Shown: positions 8,798 through 17,830 of the stretch, one piece after another
How positions within the stretch are numbered: position 1 is the stretch's first letter
How the letters are laid out: the number at the start of each line of letters is the position of its first letter
From: a virus
Lineage: Duplodnaviria > Caudoviricetes
Length of the DNA stretch: 42,254 nt
Strand: one strand, 5' to 3'
Virus record (IMG/VR): IMGVR_UViG_3300023174_000305
Span: 1 to 42,254 of that record
Position numbers and translations under genes: made by a program
Notes under the pieces: generated by a model
Databases searched by the model: none
What the model saw: the letters and a program-made list of their open reading frames with translations, nothing else
What the model was told of the DNA's origin: nothing

Positions 8798-9754
8798 ATG
8801 AATGTTAAAGTAACTGATAAAGAGTTCTTGGACGCTTGGGAAAAATACAAGTCTCCAGCGGCACTTGCAAGGTTGTTTAAAATATCTGAACGGCGCATTC
8901 ATAGCAGGCGACGTTCATTAGAGAACAGTTTAAACATCAAACTTAACTCTGAAAAATCAATTGAACCACACATAAAAAAAGCTCGGCATCAAGCAGGTTT
9001 AACAGACGGGATAGCTCTAGTATTTAGTGATGCCCACTTCTGGCCCGGAATTAGAAGCACCGCGTTTAAAGGGCTTCTATGGGCAATCAAAGAACTCAAA
9101 CCCCACGTTATCATTAACAACGGAGACGCATTCGATGGCTCCGCGATCAGCAGATATCCTAGAATCGGTTGGGGTCATCAGCCTTCGGTCCGGCAAGAAC
9201 TAGAAGCTTGTCAAGAAGCTTTAGGAGAGATTGAAAAAGCAGCACACAAGGCTAGGCACCACACACAACTGATATGGCCTCTTGGCAATCATGACAGTCG
9301 ATTTGAGACTAAATTAGCTCAGTCAGCATCAGAGTTTGAAGGTGTTTCAGGTTTAGCTCTTAAAGACCATTTTCCAAAATGGCATGCTTGTTGGTCATGT
9401 TGGCTAACTGATAACGTGATTGTCAAACATAGATATAAGGGCGGCATTCACGCTACGCATCAGAACACCCAGTCAGCCGGAATCTCAATAATAACTGGGC
9501 ATCTGCACTCGTTAAAATGTACGCCATACAGTGATTACCGAGGCACGCGCTTTGGGGTAGACACCGGAACATTGGCAGAGATTGACGGTCCCCAGTTCAT
9601 AGACTATTTAGAAGATTCGCCTGTAAACTGGAGATCAGGGTTTGCGGTGTTAACGTTCAAAGATTCAAAGATGCTATGGCCGGAGTTGGTAAGTAAACAC
9701 GAAAATGGGATAATAGACTTTCGAGGTCAACTCATTGATGTAAGTGAGTTTTAA
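8798..9754 (+). CDS. calcineurin-like metallophosphoesterase
   Basis: Motifs SDAH, NGDAFD, GNHD and GHLH in canonical order; ATG8798 chosen as the start. Confidence 0.85.
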   Translation: MNVKVTDKEFLDAWEKYKSPAALARLFKISERRIHSRRRSLENSLNIKLNSEKSIEPHIKKARHQAGLTDGIALVFSDAHFWPGIRSTAFKGLLWAIKELKPHVIINNGDAFDGSAISRYPRIGWGHQPSVRQELEACQEALGEIEKAAHKARHHTQLIWPLGNHDSRFETKLAQSASEFEGVSGLALKDHFPKWHACWSCWLTDNVIVKHRYKGGIHATHQNTQSAGISIITGHLHSLKCTPYSDYRGTRFGVDTGTLAEIDGPQFIDYLEDSPVNWRSGFAVLTFKDSKMLWPELVSKHENGIIDFRGQLIDVSEF

Positions 9755-9912
9755 TGGACATTATTGAACTATTCCTCAAAGCGTGGCCTGTGCTATTAGG
9801 TATAGTCACGCTTATAATTGTACTTTCTAAGCTTGATCTAAGAGTTGCGGTGCTTGAGGAAAAGGTAAAATCGGCGTTTGATATTATCAACAAGATGAAG
9901 GATAAACAATGA
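9754..9912 (+). CDS. single-TM membrane protein in the lysis cassette (52 aa, not in ORF track)
   Basis: TAATG overlap at 9752-9756; MDIIELFLKAWPVLLGIVTLIIVLSKLDLRVAVLEEKVK...; ATGA overlap with the next gene. Confidence 0.75.
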   Translation: MDIIELFLKAWPVLLGIVTLIIVLSKLDLRVAVLEEKVKSAFDIINKMKDKQ

Positions 9913-10220
9913 CTGAAAAACTTGAAGCCAAATCGCATCTAATTGAAAAAGTTGCGTTTGCGGTTTTCCCAATCTTATTTACATGCGTTGTTTACTTAAT
10001 GAGCGCGTTAGATAAACTGACGCATGATGTGACGGTGCTCAACGCTAAGATCAGTTTGGTAATCACTTCAGACAACAAGCAAGCGGTCAACTCTGGCGCG
10101 GAACTTGCTCGGGAAAAACTGCGGCAAGACCTTGAAAAAGAAATCCAGCACAACCGCGACATGATCCACGAAAACCAAAAGCACATTAGCATCATCGAAG
10201 ACCGGATGGCGAGAAAATAA
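9909..10220 (+). CDS. single-TM coiled-coil protein (holin/antiholin/spanin-like)
   Basis: Hydrophobic stretch VAFAVFPILFTCVVYLMSAL followed by a charged helix; directly upstream of the endolysin. Confidence 0.6.
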   Translation: MTEKLEAKSHLIEKVAFAVFPILFTCVVYLMSALDKLTHDVTVLNAKISLVITSDNKQAVNSGAELAREKLRQDLEKEIQHNRDMIHENQKHISIIEDRMARK

Positions 10221-10729
10221 TGGCTGACTTCAATCCCGCTTTTGAAAAAATGATCCACGACGAAGGTGGATATCAACTAACCGACATTCCGGGTGACCGG
10301 GGAGGACAGACGTATGCAGGAATCGCAAGAAAGCCAAACCCAGACTGGGCAGGATGGCAGCACATCGACCGTAAAGACTTTGGGTCGGCTACGCCTTTGG
10401 TCCGCGAATTCTATAAGTCTCATTTTTGGGATCGTGTCCGAGGTGACGAGCTTGCGAACCAAGCTATCGCGGAAACCATCTTCAACTTCTCCGTCAACAC
10501 CGGAGTCGGCGTCGCAGCCAAGCTCGCTCAACTCATCGTCGGCGTTACCCCAGACGGAGCAATCGGCACAAAAACCGTTGAACGGTTAAACATCTGTACG
10601 CCAGAAAAGTTCTTGCCAGCCTATGCGTTAGCAAAGATAAGCCGGTACGCGCAGATCTGTAACAAGGACCGAGGGCAATCTAAATTCCTTCTCGGCTGGA
10701 TCAATCGTACCCTGCAAGGACTCAAGTAA
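10220..10729 (+). CDS. endolysin, glycoside hydrolase family 108 with C-terminal peptidoglycan-binding region
   Basis: EGGY...DRGGQTYAGI catalytic motif; DGAIG and FLLGWINR C-terminal motifs. Confidence 0.9.
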   Translation: MADFNPAFEKMIHDEGGYQLTDIPGDRGGQTYAGIARKPNPDWAGWQHIDRKDFGSATPLVREFYKSHFWDRVRGDELANQAIAETIFNFSVNTGVGVAAKLAQLIVGVTPDGAIGTKTVERLNICTPEKFLPAYALAKISRYAQICNKDRGQSKFLLGWINRTLQGLK

Positions 10730-11166
10730 TGGACTTAATCGGAATAGGATCAATAATTGAAGGCGTGGGTAAGGTTGCCGGTGACCTCATTACCACCGAC
10801 AAAGAGAAGCTCCAGATGGCGCTCGAAGAGCGCAAACTCGATCTGGAGGAAAAGAAGATTGACCAAGCCACTGACTTGGCACAGGTTGAAGTCAATAAGA
10901 TTGAAGCGGCGTCTTCTAATTTTTTTGTCGCTGGCTGGCGTCCTGCTGTCGGTTGGGTTGGGGTTTTGGGTTTGGCTTACCAGTTTCTTGGCTACCCTCT
11001 AATGCAATGGCTATGGGCTTTTGGTCAAGGTTACGATATCATTCCTAAAGGTTTAAACCCTCCTCCAGATCTTGATGTTGAGCAGTTGATGACACTGCTT
11101 GCCGGTTTGCTTGGGTTTGGCGGTATGCGTAGCTTTGAAAAGCATAAAGGCGTAGCGAGTAAGTAA
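10729..11166 (+). CDS. holin (GTA 3-TM holin family-like)
   Basis: FVAGWRPAVGWV and LLGFGGMRSFEK motifs; adjacent to the endolysin. Confidence 0.85.
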   Translation: MDLIGIGSIIEGVGKVAGDLITTDKEKLQMALEERKLDLEEKKIDQATDLAQVEVNKIEAASSNFFVAGWRPAVGWVGVLGLAYQFLGYPLMQWLWAFGQGYDIIPKGLNPPPDLDVEQLMTLLAGLLGFGGMRSFEKHKGVASK

Positions 11167-13331
11167 TGCCACTCAAAAAGTTGCTGCTGAAGCCCGGAGT
11201 CAATAGAGAAAATACACGCTATACAAACGAAGGCGGGTGGTATGAATCTGACAAAATTAGGTTTCGACAAGGCACCCCTCAAAAAATTGGGGGTTGGCTG
11301 CGTATCTCTTCCAGTACATTTTTAGGTGTCTGCCGTTCTCTTTGGAACTGGGTAACCCTTGTTGGTTTAAACCTTATTGGGGTTGGTACAAACCTTAAGT
11401 TTTACATTGAAGAGAGTGGGACATATAACGATATCACCCCAATTAGAACAACCGTAACTCTTACAACTAACTATTTCACCACCAATACATCTACAAACTC
11501 TGGCGGCAAAACAACTGTTACCGTTAACCATACTGCTCACAATGCAATAAACAATGATTTTGTCACCATTTCCTATGCTGGATCTGCCCCTACAGTTGGT
11601 GGCGTTACGGTTGCGGCTGGGCAATATCAAATTATTTCTGCAAGTACAAACACTTATACAATTAGTGTAACTGGAACCGCATCTAGCAATGCAACTGGTC
11701 CCGGTTCTTCAACAACAGCATATTTTATTTACCAAATCAACGTAGGGCCAGCGATTGTTTCTGCGAGCGTTGGGTGGGGATCTGGAGGATGGGGCACTCT
11801 TGGTTGGGGGCGTAACGCCAATTCGACTGATTCAATTCGTATTTGGAACCAAGCAAATTGGGGTGAAGACCTTTTGTTTGGACCAAGAGGCGGTGGGTTG
11901 TATTACTGGGATGCTGCACTTGGGTTAACGCCGTCCATCGTAACCATTTCAACTGCTTCACCGGCAGTAGTAAATTCAACCATTACAGTTGCTACGGGAA
12001 CTTCTTTTACGTTTTCAACGTCTGGTGCGCTTCCAACTGGGCTTATACCGGGAACAATCTATTACGCTATTGCATCAACAGGCACTTCTTTTAATGTGTC
12101 TTTGACCGCTGGCGGCGCGGCAATTAATACAACTGGATCTGGTAGCGGAACTTTTTACATCAATCCAAACGGCGTCCCGTTGACGGGATTAGCTGGTACA
12201 GATGGTTACTGCCCTCTTTACCAAAACGCATTTACTGTTTCAGATGTAAGCCGCTTCCTTATTGTATTTGGCACAAATGCTATTGGTTCTACCGTATTAG
12301 ATCCAATGCTTATTCGTTGGTCAAACCAAGAATCTTTGACGGTATGGAACCCAGCAGCAACCAATCAAGCCGGGGATGTTAGGCTTTCCCACGGATCAAA
12401 GATCGTTACCTATCTACAAAGTAGGCAAGAGATTTTGGTTTGGACTGACTCAAGTTTTTATTCAATGCAATATTTTGGATCGCCAGCCGTTTGGCAAATA
12501 CAATTGCTTGCTGACAACATATCTATTATTGGGCCAAATGCAGTGGCATTGGCATCTGGTGTTGTCTATTGGATGGGTGTAGACAAATTTTACAAATATG
12601 ACGGTAGATCTCAATCATTAAGATGTGATCTTCGCCAATACATATTTGATGACATAAACCTTAATCAATCTGACCAAGTATTTGCAAGCACAAGCGAAGG
12701 ATTTAATGAAATTTGGTTTTTCTATTGCTCCGCAGGAACCACCGAAGTACCAAATACAACAATTGACAAATATGTTGTATACAATTACGCAGAAGATGTT
12801 TGGTATTACGGTTCTATGGGCAGAACCGCTTGGTTAGATAGCGGGTTAAGGCAATATCCAATTGCAGCAACTTATAGCTACAATCTTGTAGACCATGAAT
12901 ATGGTTTAAACGACGGGACTGATTCTGATACCGGGGTTCCAATTGAAGCTTATATCAACTCATCTCAGTTTGACATTGATGATGGGCAAAACTTTGGTTT
13001 TATTTGGAGACTTGTGCCAGACATCACGTTCCGTGGTTCAACATCTACCACACCTAGCGTGACAATGACTTTGTTGCCTCTTCAAAACTCTGGGTCTGGA
13101 TATAACAATCCAACATCTGTTGGCGGGCAGTCTTATGCTTCTGTATCAAGTTCCGGCAATCAGGCAATCACCGTAGGCGGTAAAGCCTATGAAATTGAAC
13201 AGTTTACTGGGCAGGTATATACAAGGGTGCGCGGTCGGCAGTTATCTTTGTCTGTGTATTCCAATCAATTGAATACAACTTGGCAGCTTGGCGCTCCGCG
13301 TATTGACATTAGAGCGGACGGTAGACGATGA
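11166..13331 (+). CDS. tail nozzle / tail tubular protein B (P22 gp10-like DNA stabilization protein)
   Basis: 721 aa beta-propeller-like; KPGVNRE, KIGGW, IRWSNQE, YWMG, EIWFFY and RGRQ motifs; two T/S-rich inserts in the N-terminal half. Confidence 0.75.
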   Translation: MPLKKLLLKPGVNRENTRYTNEGGWYESDKIRFRQGTPQKIGGWLRISSSTFLGVCRSLWNWVTLVGLNLIGVGTNLKFYIEESGTYNDITPIRTTVTLTTNYFTTNTSTNSGGKTTVTVNHTAHNAINNDFVTISYAGSAPTVGGVTVAAGQYQIISASTNTYTISVTGTASSNATGPGSSTTAYFIYQINVGPAIVSASVGWGSGGWGTLGWGRNANSTDSIRIWNQANWGEDLLFGPRGGGLYYWDAALGLTPSIVTISTASPAVVNSTITVATGTSFTFSTSGALPTGLIPGTIYYAIASTGTSFNVSLTAGGAAINTTGSGSGTFYINPNGVPLTGLAGTDGYCPLYQNAFTVSDVSRFLIVFGTNAIGSTVLDPMLIRWSNQESLTVWNPAATNQAGDVRLSHGSKIVTYLQSRQEILVWTDSSFYSMQYFGSPAVWQIQLLADNISIIGPNAVALASGVVYWMGVDKFYKYDGRSQSLRCDLRQYIFDDINLNQSDQVFASTSEGFNEIWFFYCSAGTTEVPNTTIDKYVVYNYAEDVWYYGSMGRTAWLDSGLRQYPIAATYSYNLVDHEYGLNDGTDSDTGVPIEAYINSSQFDIDDGQNFGFIWRLVPDITFRGSTSTTPSVTMTLLPLQNSGSGYNNPTSVGGQSYASVSSSGNQAITVGGKAYEIEQFTGQVYTRVRGRQLSLSVYSNQLNTTWQLGAPRIDIRADGRR

Positions 13332-13657
13332 CTTATATAGTTACGTCTCCATATGAATTAAGTCAGGTTGTAGCGCCAAGGCTATTGAATGCTCCATTAG
13401 AATATGAAAGATCTTATCAAGACCAGCTTAACAACGTTCTTCGATTGTATTTTAATCAGATTGATAAAATCTTAGGGCAGTTACAAACTAACGCTCCAAT
13501 AGCAGTGGCCGATCTACCCAGTGCAGTTACCTCCGGTATTGGCTCTAGAGCGTTTGTGACTGATTCATCTGTATCAACATTTGGATCTACGGTAGCTGGT
13601 GGCGGGGCAACCAAGGTGCCTGTGTATTCAGATGGAACCAATTGGAAAGTAGGTTAA
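13328..13657 (+). CDS. hypothetical virion protein (positioned like a tail needle/plug gene)
   Basis: ATGA overlap with the nozzle gene; LRLYFNQID helix followed by a short fibre-like PVYSDGTNWK end. Confidence 0.55.
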   Translation: MTYIVTSPYELSQVVAPRLLNAPLEYERSYQDQLNNVLRLYFNQIDKILGQLQTNAPIAVADLPSAVTSGIGSRAFVTDSSVSTFGSTVAGGGATKVPVYSDGTNWKVG

Positions 13658-13659
13658 TC

Positions 13660-13914
13660 ATGAAGCAACCAGACCGTAAAGAACTAATCAAACACACCAA
13701 GATGTTTATGGAGGAGAATGATTTAAACGCTGCAAAAATGAAACAGATTGGTAAGTTGGCTGTTGAGGCAATTGGAAGTAATGAAGCGTACCGAACGTTT
13801 CGCAAGAGCATGATTGATGCTGGGTACCTATCTGATAACGATCTTCCAGCAGAAAAGAACTACATGATCCTGATGGCTATCGGCACGATGGGCGAAATGG
13901 CTGGGGAGGTGTAA
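13660..13914 (+). CDS. hypothetical protein (84 aa)
   Basis: ATG13660 follows the previous TAA and an AGGT RBS; fills the operon gap. Confidence 0.7.
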   Translation: MKQPDRKELIKHTKMFMEENDLNAAKMKQIGKLAVEAIGSNEAYRTFRKSMIDAGYLSDNDLPAEKNYMILMAIGTMGEMAGEV

Positions 13915-13916
13915 TT

Positions 13917-16679
13917 ATGTCCGTAGAATCTTTACTTAAAGAACTAGGCAAAAACGAACCTGCATATCGAAAAATTGCAGAGGGATTGGCAAACCAAGGC
14001 ATTGCAAGTCTTAGGGATATTCAATACACAAAGACTCCCAAGTATGAAAATCAACAAATAACTTACCATCCTAGGGGTATTAGTTATGAAGATGGCACAA
14101 CTTCAGATCCCGGATGGTATTCAAACTTTACCAACAGGAAAGTATTTGATATAAATGACCCCAAAATAGCAGAATTTAAATCAAAAGGCCAGTGGAAAGA
14201 GCAAACGCAGGACTATGGAGACGGACCCTTTACTACTTATGGCGCCACGCTTCCAACCGGCGAGTTTACCGAAAGTTGGACTAACAAAGCTACTGGCAAA
14301 CCAATAAGCAATTACCGCTTTGGAATGCTTGGCAACGGGCAAGGCGGCATATCCGGCGGGGATTTGTTTTTCAGTTTAAAAGCTGATGATAAAGGTGCTG
14401 TTTCTATTGCTCCGGATTGGAGTCCAAGAAAAAAAAGTGAATTCAAAGAAATTGCATTTCCGCTTTTAGCTATTGGTAGTTTAGCGTTTGACTGGTCTGG
14501 CACAACAGGCGCTGCAATCCTCGGTGCTGGAAGCGCGGCAGCGGGGCTAGAGCTTGCCGGGACAATTGCGGCAGGGATAACATCAGCTACTGGCGTCGCT
14601 GTTTCTGCTGGAGCTATTACGGCAGGTATAGGCACTGCTGCGCTTACCACTGGCATGACATACGCCACAACGGGTAACTTTGAAACAGCCCTCAAAGCCG
14701 GTGGTACAGCACTTGTTGGTAGTGTTGTTGGGTCTGTTGCCGGGGGTGCTGCTGCCGGTGCATTGCCTGCCGACGCCAGTTCTGCACTTACAAAGTTTGT
14801 AACCAACGCCGTTACTGCCGGTACATCCACTGCTATAAGCGGTGGCGATGCAAGTCAAATTCTTACGAATGCATTTGCTAGTGGGGCCAGTGCTGGCGTT
14901 AGAGATGCTGCAACCTCTATTGTAGGGGCAGATGTAGCTAAGGGACTTGGCGCTGCTACCGCGTCATTCATCAAGACTGGAGACATAGAAAAAGCAGCCA
15001 CTACTGGATTGATGTCTGGATTTGGTTCTGCTGTTAAAGATTCAAATAAAGGTATAACTGGTATTGGCGGTAATGTTGACGCCAGCCAGTTTAGTTCTGC
15101 TGCCCTTGATGAACTAAAAAACGTTCCTGATCTTAATGCTGAAAGTGGAATTAAAAGTCTTGATACCACTCAAGCGATTGATACTCGCGCAGATGAAAAC
15201 GGCTTAGGTCAAGATCTTGCTGTTGATACTCGCGCAGATGAAAACGGTATTGGTAGTTTAATCCCTAATGCTCCAGTAGAAACTTCCCCGGTAGAAAGTC
15301 CTAAAGACATCAAACAAGAAGGTATTGCTAGTTTAGAACCAAAAGATAACATTTCTGAACCAGCAGATGCTGTTAAAGATGAAGGATTAGGTTCTTTATC
15401 TCCTAAAGAGTTGCAGACTGTATATGACCAAGAAAACCCCGGCGCTGCTAATGTTGATGTTGAAACAGCCAATACTGTTACAATTGATGGAAAAGAATAC
15501 TTTCTAAACAATGAAGGTGGAGCATCAGTCCAAAACCCTGATGGTTCTTATACAAATTTAAACGCTGAAGAGTTTGCCGCTTTGGGTGAACCTGACGAAG
15601 TTCAATCAGACGGAACGCTTGATACCGTTACTGTTACCGGAGGTAATGACGTTGTTACAGATGACTCAGAAGGTGGTTTTGATAACTACACTCCTGAAGT
15701 AGATGTTAACGCTCCTCTAGAGCTTCCTCCGGGCGCAGAGCCAGATGAAGAAAAACCGGAAGAGCCGTATCTTTTAAACCCGGATGAACCAGTAAAAGAC
15801 TTGCCCAAAGTTCCGCCAATCTTCCCTCCTGCCACACCAGTTAAACCACCAGTTAAACCACCTGTAAAACCACCTGTAAAACCACCAGTAAAGCCGCCTG
15901 AAAAACCTGCTGATCCAACGGGATTGAGCGGTTTGATTGCTGGACTTATTGCTGGCACTACATTAAATAAATCGAATGATTCTTCTCCTCCTCCAGAAAA
16001 ACCTACTGACTTAACTGGCGGGTATACATTTGATTGGGACTCTCAAGACATTCAAAATCCGGTAAATGGTATTGCTTATGGACAGGAATACTTTAAGCCT
16101 CATTGGAAAAAAACCATGATTAATGATTATGCTGAAGGCGGCTTAATGGCTTTGGATAAAACAATGGAATCACCAACGTTTAAACCAACTATTGGAGACG
16201 GCGGTATAAAAGTTGAAGATCTTTCAACCAATAACATTGCGAATCAAGCACTTCAGCATTTGCGCCGAGGAGGTCATGTAATTGACCATAAACTGCATTC
16301 ATCGGTTAGCTATCTTGCAAACAAGGGAGAACCAGTTCATCATATTGTTGGTTTTATGAACCACCAAAAGCGCATGGCAGAAGGTGGGATTGCATCCACT
16401 TCGCTGGGTTCTTATTCAGATGGTGGTCATCTTCTCAAGGGTCCGGGCGACGGTATGTCTGATGACATCCCTGCCGTTATCGCAGACAAGCAACCTGCCC
16501 GTCTTGCGAACGAGGAGTTTGTAATCCCCGCTGACGTTGTATCCCATCTAGGGAACGGTTCATCTGAGTCCGGCGCAAAGGTTCTGTACGAAATGATGGC
16601 TAGGATCAGGAAAGCTAGAACTGGAAATCCAAAACAGGGCAAACAGATTGACCCTCATAAGTTACTGCCAAAGGTTTAA
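13917..16679 (+). CDS. putative internal virion / DNA ejection protein
   Basis: 920 aa; long Ala/Gly hydrophobic region, acidic and Pro-rich linker, C-terminal GPGDGMSDDIPA...EFVIPADVV domain; follows the nozzle gene. Confidence 0.65.
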   Translation: MSVESLLKELGKNEPAYRKIAEGLANQGIASLRDIQYTKTPKYENQQITYHPRGISYEDGTTSDPGWYSNFTNRKVFDINDPKIAEFKSKGQWKEQTQDYGDGPFTTYGATLPTGEFTESWTNKATGKPISNYRFGMLGNGQGGISGGDLFFSLKADDKGAVSIAPDWSPRKKSEFKEIAFPLLAIGSLAFDWSGTTGAAILGAGSAAAGLELAGTIAAGITSATGVAVSAGAITAGIGTAALTTGMTYATTGNFETALKAGGTALVGSVVGSVAGGAAAGALPADASSALTKFVTNAVTAGTSTAISGGDASQILTNAFASGASAGVRDAATSIVGADVAKGLGAATASFIKTGDIEKAATTGLMSGFGSAVKDSNKGITGIGGNVDASQFSSAALDELKNVPDLNAESGIKSLDTTQAIDTRADENGLGQDLAVDTRADENGIGSLIPNAPVETSPVESPKDIKQEGIASLEPKDNISEPADAVKDEGLGSLSPKELQTVYDQENPGAANVDVETANTVTIDGKEYFLNNEGGASVQNPDGSYTNLNAEEFAALGEPDEVQSDGTLDTVTVTGGNDVVTDDSEGGFDNYTPEVDVNAPLELPPGAEPDEEKPEEPYLLNPDEPVKDLPKVPPIFPPATPVKPPVKPPVKPPVKPPVKPPEKPADPTGLSGLIAGLIAGTTLNKSNDSSPPPEKPTDLTGGYTFDWDSQDIQNPVNGIAYGQEYFKPHWKKTMINDYAEGGLMALDKTMESPTFKPTIGDGGIKVEDLSTNNIANQALQHLRRGGHVIDHKLHSSVSYLANKGEPVHHIVGFMNHQKRMAEGGIASTSLGSYSDGGHLLKGPGDGMSDDIPAVIADKQPARLANEEFVIPADVVSHLGNGSSESGAKVLYEMMARIRKARTGNPKQGKQIDPHKLLPKV
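15178..15247 (+). repeat. exact 25-bp direct repeat (DTRADENG x2)
   Basis: TTGATACTCGCGCAGATGAAAACGG at 15178 and 15223. Confidence 0.9.
15837..15908 (+). repeat. 12-bp in-frame tandem repeat (PVKP x5 plus PEKP)
   Basis: Units of the form CCWGTWAARCCR. Confidence 0.9.
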
Positions 16680-16681
16680 AC

Positions 16682-17830
16682 ATGCCTAATGTCCTACAAC
16701 CATCGCTGTCAAACACGCCGACCTCTAAACAAGAAGACACGATTACGGGCATAGCTCCGTATGTGGAAGATCTGCTAAAGCGTGGGCAAGCTTTCTCAAC
16801 TGCAAAAACCCCTGTTTATAAGGGGCAGTTAACTAGCGGTCCTGCTAAGTATGAAAGCGAAGCTTGGAAAGGGTTGGCAAACTTAGCATTGCCTGAGAAT
16901 TCTAAGTTTAATACTGCTGCCGCGCAGCAATATATGAATCCGTACATTGAGGCGTCTTTAAACCCGCAGCTAGAACTACAAAGAAGGCAAGCCATTATCA
17001 ATCTTGAGCCTGAAATGACAAGGTTAACCAAAGCAGGTGGCTTTGGTGGCTCTAGGCAAGCTGTGCTTCAAGGGTTAGCACAAGAAAATCTTCTTCGCCA
17101 GCAAGCGGCAACCACTGGCGCTGAGTATGAGAAGGCATATAACGCTGCTGTGGCTCAGTTTAATGCTGACCAAGGCAATCAGCGTTCCAACTTAACCGCT
17201 TTGTCTACTGCGGGTGGAACCCAGCATGAGCGGGAGCAAGCCGCTCTAGATGCCCAGTACAACGAATGGTTGCGTCAAACCAAGTACCCTAAAGAACAGC
17301 TTGAAGAGCAGAAAGGTCTTATATCTGCGCTTGCTCCTACATTGCCTAAGACTCAAGTTTTGTATGGGCAAAAACAAAGTGCATTGCAGCAACTCACCGC
17401 TGGAACCGCTGGTCTTACCAAGTTTGCCAAAGATCTTGGGTACGCATCTATAACAGACTTGGCAAAAGGGATGGGCGTACCAATTGAGAAGCTGGCAAGT
17501 GTGTTTGGTATTACAGGCATGGTCAACGAAGCAGAAAAGAAAATCAGCGATCCAACCTATGGAAAAGTGGGAGAGTCTGGAAAGCCAGTTGAAACTGACA
17601 CTCCAGAAGGCACCCATAGAGATGCCGCTGGAAATTTGATTGATGATTCAACTGGATTGCCCGTTGGCGCCGTTGAAACCCCTGACAATCAAGATGATAA
17701 TTTTGATCATATTATGATTGACCCTAGGGAAGCCGGAGGTTTTGACACGGTCAATTATGGCGGAGAAGTTCCAGAAATTGCTAGTGGCGGGTTGATTGAT
17801 TTGCTGCACAAGATGCGAGGTTACAAATGA
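16682..17830 (+). CDS. putative DNA ejection (pilot/transfer) protein
   Basis: QQYMNPY and GGFGGSRQAV motifs; Q/A-rich helices typical of podovirus ejection proteins. Confidence 0.65.
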   Translation: MPNVLQPSLSNTPTSKQEDTITGIAPYVEDLLKRGQAFSTAKTPVYKGQLTSGPAKYESEAWKGLANLALPENSKFNTAAAQQYMNPYIEASLNPQLELQRRQAIINLEPEMTRLTKAGGFGGSRQAVLQGLAQENLLRQQAATTGAEYEKAYNAAVAQFNADQGNQRSNLTALSTAGGTQHEREQAALDAQYNEWLRQTKYPKEQLEEQKGLISALAPTLPKTQVLYGQKQSALQQLTAGTAGLTKFAKDLGYASITDLAKGMGVPIEKLASVFGITGMVNEAEKKISDPTYGKVGESGKPVETDTPEGTHRDAAGNLIDDSTGLPVGAVETPDNQDDNFDHIMIDPREAGGFDTVNYGGEVPEIASGGLIDLLHKMRGYK

